Below, in pieces: positions 24,316-33,576 of a DNA stretch of 33,576 nucleotides. A model generated the notes under the pieces. It did no database searches and was not told where the DNA came from. It saw only the letters and a program-made list of their open reading frames with translations. Made by a program: the position numbers and the translations under genes. The stretch is from Nemertoderma westbladi (Eukaryota > Animalia > Xenacoelomorpha). The DNA is taken from positions 1 through 33,576 of the forward strand of contig JAUCBJ010006477.1 in NCBI GenBank assembly GCA_032718475.1. Direction: 5' to 3'. The first letter of the stretch is position 1. Every line of letters starts with the position of its first letter.

Positions 24316-25435
24316 ATATTCCAATATTTTTAATATTAAACCTAGATCATATGTGTTGTCCATTATTTAAAGTTCCAATGTTTCTTCTGTTCTAAAGTTT
24401 CCTGTTCTCCGTGATTACCAGTTTGACAAAGTACTTCATGTTCGTTCAAATGGCAAAGATCACATTCAGCTACCTGGACAATTGTTTAAACCCAGCAAAT
24501 TTATCTAAAACATATATATTGGTCGCAAATGTCCGGATACCTTCAGGAATTGGGCATGGCCTCGGGCATCCCACAACTAGGATAGACGAGAGGCGTGACT
24601 ATTTAGAGACCGAGGGGGGAAGAGACAGAGTGCCAGTCGGCCTGGGCCTTCGAGACCAGAAGGCCTATGGAAAGATTACAACAAGAAGGTTTAGAATGTC
24701 ATACTAGACACACTTTTATTCTCTCCCATGAAACATCACGGGCAGTATCAGTTAATCATTATGGATGGACCTTGTAAAACATAAGATATAAATAAATGTT
24801 AAGGATCATTAAAACTCCAAGGGATATACAAATAGAACAATGACAGCTGGCTACACAAAAAGCAAGGCTCTATGCTGTACCGGTCCGTCAGTCAGTCAGT
24901 ACTATATGTGTCTCCAAAACAATAGAAAGCATATTATATGTTGGAAATTTCTGATGTCAGTATTCAAATTTGGCCTCGTCTTTTTGTTTGTATAACTGTC
25001 AGTCTGCCCGTCGAAATATAACCGACAGACTGAGAGCCAAACGGACAATGTGTAGGTCATCAAATGTTACAACTGACACTAGAAATTAATTCTGCGGCCA
25101 GGAAAACCCCTATAACTATACTTTTAGCTAGATGATGTGACTGTGGTTTTCTTATATTTATGTCGGACAGATTGTCTGACAGACATAGGGACTAACTAAA
25201 TTTAAGCGACCCCATAGCTTAAGATCTAATTTCACCGGGAACTAAGATTGCCTAATGCCTAGGCTATGAGTTTGGGGTGGTTTAGGGCAGTCTAGGTCGT
25301 TTCTTGTGGTATTAAAAGTAGCCCCTAATTAATCTCTGTATAAAACTATTGTTTAAGTTATTGACGAATCTAAGTAATGATTACTACATAATATATTAAA
25401 TAATCAAATTAAAATGCAAAAAATTAACAGATACG

Positions 25436-25498
25436 GTCGGGATCGAACTCGAGTCTATGTTAGAAAGTAATAGCGAAGTAACCATTCCACTAATCGAC
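25436..25498 (-). pseudogene. tRNA-derived Pol III head (SINE head or tRNA pseudogene)
   Basis: Minus strand gtcgatTAGTGGAATGGttac...gaGTTCGATCCcgac has A-box-like and B-box-like motifs at tRNA spacing. No clean cloverleaf or anticodon arm. Confidence 0.45.
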
Positions 25499-26601
25499 AA
25501 GAATGGAAACATGGGCACAATGAGGAACGAGCTGTGTTTAACGTCTCCTATTGAGTCGAAGGTCATGTAGAGGTGAAAATTATGATGTGGATATTAATGA
25601 TGAAGAGGCTGCTTTTTAAATTGTATAAAAAGACCCAGTGATTCTTAATTATTTCTGAGTATCAGAGCTTACAATATCAAGTCATGGATGGAATAGTCAA
25701 ATATGTGAAACCCTAAAAATATCATCTGAGCTAGAGTGACCCCAAAACATAGCCCTTAACTTAGAAATTTCATATCTGCAATGCTGAACAATATATAACA
25801 ATTCATATAGCGGTACATTAATTTAGAAATTATGTTTGTTGATCATCCATTACTTCTCAAAAAGTAAGTTAGTAAAATTATGCAACTAATAGTGAAGAAT
25901 GACTTTAACTGGCTGTGATCATGTGAAAATTATAAACGTTAAAAAAAATTTATTTTGCTATCTTTGAACACCAATTCTTATCTGTGAAAATGACGTACAT
26001 CAAATTAGCAATTATTAATAAAACTATTTATAAATTAACCTTTACTTTAACTTGCACTGGGGTCACTGGCACTTAATCAATGATAATAAGTTTTGATAGG
26101 CTGATTCTTTCAATGTTTTCAACTGAGTCTCCGACAACCTTAATCCCATAGTATATATTTATATATTATACATGTATCCCAGCTTCAGTCAATTTTGATG
26201 GATTTCAGCACGGTGGGGCTGGCTGTCTGGCTGTCTGTCATTGCCCGTCACTGTCAATATGTATAATTTTATTTTATTTTAGATGCATCCCAGATGTTGT
26301 ATGTAATAGAATACCAGTAGTAGTCGTGTAGTGACATGGACTCCGCGAATTTGTCTGCAATATCCAAGTTATATTGAAATGGCTATAATATAACCCACAA
26401 TTTTTGTATTAATTCAGAAACTCAATATGATCCACAGGAGGACATTTGGAATGTTTAAGTTGATTGAAGGTCTAACTCACACGCACAGTATTAGCATATC
26501 AGTAAATTACATAAACAAACAAACTATAAATAAATTAATAATATTAAGAAATGTTCTAGAATGTTTTACATATAGCAAAGATAAACGGGAGAGTAGGATA
26601 A

Positions 26602-26841
26602 CTAGAATTACAAAAATTAGATGTTTGCAATATTTCTGATCCCTTACGGGGTCCTTCTTCAGGCAAAGATGACAACCTTAAACTGTAATAGTTTTACCGG
26701 TAATGATACAGATACAGGTGATGATGCATTCTGTATCATTACCGGTAACAATATTACAGATTAAAGTTGTCATCTTTGTCTTAAGAAGGACCCCGTAAGG
26801 GATCAGAAATATTGCAAATTTTCACATTTTTGTAATTCTAG
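26602..26841. mobile_element. ~240-bp palindromic insertion (arms 26602-26712 / 26730-26841), probably Penelope pLTR-derived
   Basis: ctagaattacaaaaat...gcaatatttctgatcccttacggggtccttctt...accggtaatgatacaga is mirrored after a 17-nt spacer. The homologous region near 289 appears to lack it. Confidence 0.8.
26621..26670 (-). ncRNA. Minimal type I hammerhead ribozyme-like motif (Penelope type)
   Basis: 5'-AUCUUUGC CUGAAGA A GGACCCC GUAA GGGAUCA GAAA UA UU GCAAACAU-3'. Stem I is UUUGC/GCAAA, the CUGANGA and GAAA boxes are present, stem II has a GNRA loop, and stem III is reduced to palindromic AUAU. Stem II is imperfect (G.A at its base, one C.A mismatch). Confidence 0.62.
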
Positions 26842-27073
26842 CTGTACGCAAATCCTATCTCGGCGAATTAATATCCTGCATCAATGTTAAATTCTCACTT
26901 TAAGGAAAGTAGCAGGATAAAGTAACTCTAAACCAGTAACATAAATCAGCAAATTGCATATAGCAGGATACTGTGGCACGCTATTCTAAGTCTAACCAAA
27001 ACAATAAACTAAAGTCAGTAGAACACAACAGGTTACAGTTTTGTTTTTGGGAGTAATCAGCTGTTATTTGCGT
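26842..27073 (+). repeat. Block A copy 2, ~55 bp from the exon 1 splice donor
   Basis: Diverged direct copy of 289-462 with a ~50-bp internal insertion or duplication (gcaggata occurs twice). Confidence 0.85.
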
Positions 27074-27127
27074 AAAACAACGACGGCGGTATTTTTGTCT
27101 ACAGTAGTTTATTATATAAATAATTAC

Positions 27128-27625
27128 CTGAGGGATGCTTGTAACCGCACTGATGCAGTACGCTATGCCAACTAGCAGCTTGCTGCGTCCCAGACTGGAC
27201 GAACCACTGCCAAGAAAGGGGTGTATGATGGCTATGTACCGGTCCAAGCTGATAGCTGCCAATATATAGGAGGTAACGGTAACACAGAATAGTTTGAGGT
27301 AGATGGAAACCTTACAGAGGAATTCGCCAGCTAACCATGTTATCGTGCAATACCAGATCATGTCTTGAATGACAACGAAGAATGCATACATGAGATTCGC
27401 GAAGGCCAGATGAGACACAATATAGTTCACTCGGGTCATTGTTTTTCCACTGCGCCACATGGCTGCAAGTAGAATGACGTTGGCTATGATGGCAGCAGTG
27501 GCTATGATACCATCTGCTATGATATGCATCAGAGTTACTAAAGACATATTAGATAAAACGGGTCCATTACAGGAATCCACCGCGGATATATTTGTCGTTA
27601 TATTTGTGAAGTTGTTAGCTGCCAT
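27128..27625 (-). CDS. GnRH/AKH/ACP-receptor-like class A GPCR, coding exon 1 (N-terminus to TM4, 166 aa)
   Basis: Translation has an N-terminus with N-glycosylation sequons (NFT, NIT, NIS, NMS), TM1 (AAIIANVILL), TM2 (HLAFANLMYAFFVV), ECL1 (TITWLAGEFLCK), TM3 (AISLDRYIAIIHP) and TM4 ending SIPQ. A phase-0 donor CAG|GTAATT sits at 27128/27127. The ORF track reads through into the intron after SIPQ. Confidence 0.93.
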
Positions 27626-29127
27626 TATTATATTGTTAATACAGAATTATTGATAAATATCATTATAATGTGTAGGTTTCGTGATATTCATATTAACAGT
27701 TTGAATGGATTTATAATTTCAAAATAATTAATAGTTAAAATTGAAAAAACAATGAGAAATAAATTAAATGATTAATTATCTTGTATTAATAATTGATAAT
27801 CAAATTGATTAGTAATGTATGTTTATAATCACTATAATCATTGCCCATGTAATGTAATATCTATATAAGTGTAATGGTAATAATTTTATAAATAGAGATT
27901 GATTATTGTATGTGAAAGTTACATTAACAATAATAAAACTTTTTTACTTTTTTTCAGTGTTTACTACAAATTTAACTGAAAAAAAGTGAATTTTCAGATA
28001 AATAACTATATATATTCTGACATTAGATCAGATAAGAATGCACCAGATTCTTCAGACTTTGAAGTTTGGTGTGTTTCAACGGGATTTAATTGGTTTTTAG
28101 TTTTTGTTTTTTAATTAATAAATTTTTAGGAATCTAAGGTCTCCACACACTTACAGTTAAGTATGATATTTAAGTTAAGCCCCTGTAAATATTTTTATGC
28201 CGTAACCATTAACCAAGCAACATTTAAGTAACTTGTTTTCTAATAATTTTTATCCCTGAGATAAACGTTAGCTGGCAGAAAATAATCTTTAAATAAATTT
28301 TTGTTTAATTCATCAGGAATATGTAAGGTTCATTAGCAACGCAGCGCCCTACCCTACAATAGGTTGCCCTAAATCGCCCTATATGCCCTAAAATCTGCTT
28401 GTCACATTTTGAATCAATCATCTGTGATAAGTTTGCAAATATAATTCTAGGGCTAGGGGGACTGTTGTGCCCAGAAAATTGTTTAATGACGTAGGCCTAC
28501 AGTAGTATATCCACTACCCGACTGAATAGCAATACGTAGTGGAGCCATGATTACTCCATTTAATGAGTACCAAACTTCGATTCTTGTTTCTAATTATCTA
28601 ATTCTGATGGTAGGAAAACTTGTCTTTGAGATAGGCGTGGAATTATCAAGCTCTATTCTTATTGTAGGACTACTGTCCATTCAGAAAACAGACAACCAGT
28701 GGCGTCATGATGGCGCTGAGCAATGGTGGGCCACCTCTTTACAGTCTGAAAAGGAAACTCCCATCGAATTATTACTCTAATCATAAAGGCAAGAAAATAA
28801 TAACTATTAATATTGTACGAATGGGAAATATAGAATAATATAATTAAATAATAAAAAATTAGATAAGAAAGAGTTAGGTGCAATTTTATAACTTCCATAT
28901 TATCAATGTCCGCCTATGGTGTTGCGCAACTTGACGATTTTATGTATATTAGATCACCTGTAACTCTTAAAGCTCTGGTTAAATACTCTATGAACCAAAT
29001 TTGAAGCGATACACATATCATTAATTATGTTAGTTTTCGATGCTTATCGATATTTTTACTGTATGTCTATTTTATTAGTTTGTGCATCCATTTCAGCATG
29101 CAAAAATATGCTTTTTATTAAAGAATT

Positions 29128-29151
29128 ATATATATATATATATATATATAT
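29128..29151. repeat. (TA)n microsatellite
   Basis: About 12 TA units. Confidence 0.85.
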
Positions 29152-29639
29152 TATTATACCCGATTATGTGTATATTTTAATATTTTAACATTTTTTAACT
29201 TTGATTTTACTTTCTATAAAGCAAATTACCCCATTTGGGGTGCAGTTAAAAAAATTGAAAATTTTTTAAATTGGCCTAATGCAATACAAGGTACAATAAT
29301 CGTATTTTACAATAAACAAACAATTAAAATAATGATTATTAAAAAATATAAAATAAATTAAATTGGAAATCGAAGGAAAAAATATAACCTTGTGCGCAAT
29401 GCGCTACCATTCACTAACAGTACAATTATAATGTTTATTCCAGAATTTGATTATTACTTGTAACTCTGTTATTATTGCCAGTACATTGTTAGACCATATG
29501 TCAACTGTAGAACTTGAAGGTCAAACCTATTATTAATATAAAATTAGCAAGAATAGTATAAAGCATAAAAATAGTAGGTGACAAGCTTTCTGCCTCACTT
29601 CTAGGCTTTAATCATGCCTAAAGCGTAAACAGAAACCCA

Positions 29640-30335
29640 CAAACCGACACCGCGAGAAATCTCTTTGGATATCTCGACATTGATCACCGATTGGACAGTC
29701 AAATGGAAGAGTTAGGTTTATCGGATGGATGGGTCACCTATATTACCTCTAATAAAGACCCTGCCTGCACCTGGAACTATTTACCCTTTAATTATGACGC
29801 ATAAGAATGGCAACCCAGCTCGAGTCATAACTTCGGGGTGCGGGAGTGCTTCTGAAAACCTTTCATTTTTTGTTGAGAAATACTGTAAACAAATAGTTAA
29901 CCTCATTCCAAGCAGGGTTAGGGATACAGGCCATATGTTGGACATTATTGATGCTTTAAATTCAGAGGGTTGTACTGAAGAGGACCAGTTGGTTGTTAGC
30001 TTCGACATAATTAGTATGTATCCAAATATAAGTATGAGTACTGGATCCAAACTGATCGCACGGCGATGGGGCCGAATAATTCTTGTTCGTATGCTGATAT
30101 TGTAGCAGAGGATTTTGATGACAAGATGGATAAGTCGAAACATCAGTTTAATCAGCTACGTTGTTGGTGGCGCTTTCGGGATAACGTGTTTGTAATATGG
30201 AGGGCGGGTTCAGTAGATAAGTTAAATGAGTTTTTTCTCTGGTGAATACCGGTATGTGTGATACTTCCCTGCAGTTCACAATGGATGTAGGTGGACAGAG
30301 TATTAATTTTCTGGATTTGCACATTTCTATAGTAA
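29640..30335 (+). mobile_element. Penelope-like retroelement reverse transcriptase fragment (internally deleted, frameshifted)
   Basis: PGTIYPLIMTHKNGNPARVITS..GS, RVRDT, VSFDIISMYPNI, then in other frames TAMGPNNSCSYADI, WWRFRDNVFVIW (DD degraded to DN) and QFTM...INFLDLHI. These are PLE-type RT motifs. Confidence 0.87.
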
Positions 30336-31045
30336 AATATGCCTTAGCCAAAAGCAATTTACAAGTATCATCAGCACATGAAGTGGATATCTTATAGTAT
30401 ATCCGCAAATTATTAATATTATTTATTGATATTAAAAAAATTCCATTATAATTGTTATTTAGGCATAAAAATCCGAATTAGATGTCCATTGAGACAATCG
30501 TCACACCATAGGCCTACCTCAAGTTTGAGCAACAGAGGACCAATTTAATTCCACAGGGGGAGAAACAAGCAATCGCACCCCAGATGGTTCACACTCAAAA
30601 ATATCGTATTATCCAACCAAATTCGATTTTTGCCGTTTGAAAATTTATGCTACTTGCATTTTCCGTCCAACTAGCCCAGCACCAAAAATGACAGTTGCTT
30701 TACCACATATGATTTTTACCGAGTAGTATTGTGATCTTCGACCTTGTAAACCAGTATAGTTTCAGAATTACCAAACTAAAGGCAAAATTTAACAGTTTAT
30801 AATTTTGTGCTACTTGTAATTTTCGTTCTGGAGCACCAGAATGGCACCAAAATTGGTTTACATTCACCAGAAATATTTATAACCAGTTTCATCGTGTTCA
30901 GCGACCTCGAGAATCCATATACGTTCACAATTATCATACCAAACCAAAAATTTTTTAGTTTGACATTTTTTTACTTGTATTTTTCGTAAAATAAAATAAA
31001 AAAATAAAATAAAATAATAATAATATAAAAAAATAAAATAGCTCT

Positions 31046-31061
31046 GGCCAGATAGGGTTAA
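31046..31061 (+). mobile_element. piggyBac-type MITE right end (ggccagataggg-TTAA); body probably extends upstream towards ~30.6 kb
   Basis: Matches the terminus at 8393-8409. Left end not found. Confidence 0.5.
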
Positions 31062-31280
31062 ACAGGAACACACCTCCATCGACAAACTTTACCTCCCGAA
31101 TTGTAAATCCTTTGTAACAATGAAATGTTTTTTTGATTGTATTAATTGAAAACTGCAAATTCTTAGATAATTAATAATTTCTCAGTGTAGTTATGATATT
31201 TTATTGTGTCATTAATTATGTTATATATTGGTTTTAGTTTAGTGTAGTAATTTTGTGTAACATTATATTTGTGACCAAGT

Positions 31281-31372
31281 AACATAAAAGGACCGATCCC
31301 CTTGGAAATAAGTTGCAAAGCATTAGGGGTAATCCTATATGTTATGTTGGATAATACACATTGTTTGGTGTA
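31281..31372 (+). mobile_element. Second copy of the LINE/SINE 3' stem-loop region
   Basis: aacataaaaggacc..ccccttggaaataagttgcaaagcattaggggtaat...attgtttggtgta parallels 17731-17818. Confidence 0.65.
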
Positions 31373-31506
31373 CTTAAAAGTTATTATTTGTACATTACAC
31401 CTCCAATGCTGTATGGGGTCTGGTTGGAGATGAACTCGGTGTAGCATTCTTTGATCCCTTTGGAGGTCCCATCAGTTTATTGTATTTTCAGTTTTTATTT
31501 GTAGTC

Positions 31507-31887
31507 CACATCTAAACGTGCCAACGGTGCGTGAGCGGTAAAGTACCTATTGACAGGTAGTTTGGTCCCAATGGTTAGTAGTCGCGCGGTATTGAAGCGG
31601 TAAGCTAGCGGTAAACTACCCGGAGCCCATTCACAACCAACGGTACCGTTGCGGTACCATTCAACAGTCTAGACAATAATTTTATTAACATTATTTCAAT
31701 GGGCTGCGGTAAACCGCGCGGTGTACCACACAACTACCTGTGGGGTCGTTCATGTCAGCGGTAATCAAAATCATTTACCGCACAGACACCGCTCGAATAC
31801 CGCAGGGTCATTCACACTCAGCGGTGTACCGCTGGGCCTGCGGTACACCGCGCGGTGTACCGTTCCGTCGGATGTGAACGGGGCTTA
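31507..31887. mobile_element. PIF/Harbinger-like MITE, left end degraded
   Basis: Ends tgtgaacggggc followed by TTA/TAA. Internal TIR-like repeats (cccattcaca, gtcattcaca) and many gcggt/accgc motifs. Confidence 0.55.
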
Positions 31888-33576
31888 AGGTATTATCTTC
31901 ATGGCATTTATCGTCTATTGGACTTACATTTATTGTGTTATTTTCTGATATTATTAATAATTGATCTGCTGAGCTCTGCGCAATAATATGTTAGATGGAA
32001 TTATGTTATTGATTTTTATTAAATCTATGTTTTGATCGATGATGTCTCATACAAGGTAATGTAAGGTAATGGAATATCCTGGGATGCAGATACGTCTAGT
32101 GGACAAGAGATTTTAAAATGTCAATCTGTGAATTTAATTCTGAATTGAATATCTCAAAGTTAATTAAATTTACTAGAATAGACATTTTAATACCTATGTT
32201 TACTATCAATTTAAATATTTACCTTGAATAACTGTAGGATTTTTCTCTTTTTTTATCTTTATCACAATCCTTATTATATTATAATTAAACAATAAATATA
32301 AGAATAAATATAATTTTTATACTTTATAGTAAAGTTATTTTTTCATTGTTTTGTTGTTTACTACATAGTGTGTTGTTACTTTATATGGCTTCACAGGGTA
32401 TATTGATTGTTGTTAAATGATATATTTAGTGAAATGTGTCGGTTAAAGTGGTACGTTATTACAATAAGTTGGGACCAATATAAATCAACCAGAGAAGCAG
32501 CATTGGTTATTGATATTTGATTTAGCAGTATAAGTCTTGGTTTCTCATTATCTTTATTATCGGTGTTTAGTACATCATTCTTCACCTCACTTGGTGACCT
32601 TTATGTCCCTTGACGTGGACTTGATTTATTGGTTATCACTTTACAACGTTGTCCTCAACGTACTTGAGACAACTTTTTGTTATATTGGGTCAATATATTT
32701 GAGTAACATAAACCCAGATTATTTTCTCCCCATCAGTTCTCCATGCCAAACCCTCAACCGGGATTCTTTCCCCACAACAGGATCTCTGGCTGAGGAGAAC
32801 TGGTGGTAGTCGAGTCCAGACAAGGAGGTAGAAGAACCGATAATTATCACATAAGGAATTGTTAAGAAGTTCTTGAAACGAACTACAGGAAAGGCTTACA
32901 TGCGTCAAAACAATAAACGAAAGTCATAGTTTTATTTTTGAGAGTATTCAGGTGTTTTGTAAGTATCTCCTCTCACTGTAAACTGTTGATTTCTCTCAAG
33001 TGAGGGTTAACATTAATTAGCATAGATAATGGAAATCTGTTAGTTGTTGGCATAGCGTTTATAGAAACAGCATACATTACAGTTAATATTTATTAAAGAA
33101 TGGGTCACATAAACGGAGCTTTAAAGCAGCCAAACATAAATAATTGAAAACAAATTGTTAAAATGCCTTCTCAGGCTGTCAGGGTATAAATATTATTGTA
33201 ATCACTTGACCCACCCAATGCACAGTTTACATTGTTAACTATATACCGCATAAGCCCCGACTATACAACATGTCAGTTACGGGAACTCCTGAGTAGCATA
33301 ATGACCTGAAGCTCATTAAAAATAAAATTGCAAAGTGCATTAGCAGTTAAATGCAATGCGATATAGCTGACACAACCTCTATCTCTCTGTTGCACTCACC
33401 CAATATTATGGTAAATAAAATGTAATTTGTTAATGTACAGTATGTATTATGTCTACGGCTTTCAGTGGGCAGTTTACAGAAGTAAAGTAATGTGATCGGT
33501 GAACGTATGTTAAACACGAACCACCGTACGCAACCCGAAGGATCCTCTCTCTTGGGTGTTACCTGTAAAGCAGGGA

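Larger units (their letters stand above)
7200..27127 (-). other. Intron 1 of the GPCR (~19.9 kb, GT-AG), transposon-filled
   Basis: Canonical GT and AG ends join exons 1 and 2 in frame and give a contiguous TM4-ECL2 protein sequence. Confidence 0.82.

Noticed and set aside
26981-27127. C-terminal 48 aa of the 214-aa ORF
   Set aside because: Read-through past the CAG|GTAATT donor into intron and repeat block A.
32537-32908. Short ORFs and an acceptor-like ttttctccccatcag
   Set aside because: No recognisable protein similarity or convincing exon pair.

Overview
AT-rich, repeat-dense eukaryotic (most likely invertebrate animal) genomic DNA, not a prokaryotic window. The only host gene I can support is a minus-strand rhodopsin-family GPCR of the GnRH/AKH/ACP/corazonin-receptor group. 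Coding exon 1 (27625-27128, TM1-TM4) splices in phase 0 across a ~19.9-kb intron to exon 2 (7199-7013, ECL2-TM5); the TM6-TM7 exon(s) were not found in the window. The introns and flanks hold decayed or nested transposons: an RTE-X-like LINE interrupted by a 9-bp-TSD Mutator-type foldback element, a second 9-bp-TSD element with a nested LINE tail, an L2/CR1 LINE, a piggyBac transposase 3' half, a Penelope-like RT fragment, and hAT/Harbinger/piggyBac MITE ends. There is also a 63-bp minisatellite with a 567-bp higher-order period and a perfect 53-bp-arm palindrome. The three most interesting observations are: (i) a 240-bp palindromic insertion whose arms each carry a Penelope-type minimal hammerhead ribozyme motif, with the core-intact copy on the GPCR sense strand; (ii) an Asn at TM2 position 2.50 of the receptor, as in mammalian type I GnRHR; (iii) collinear homology between 0.3-3.4 kb and the DNA flanking exon 1 (26.8-28.4 kb). 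All calls are by eye, without alignments or database searches.
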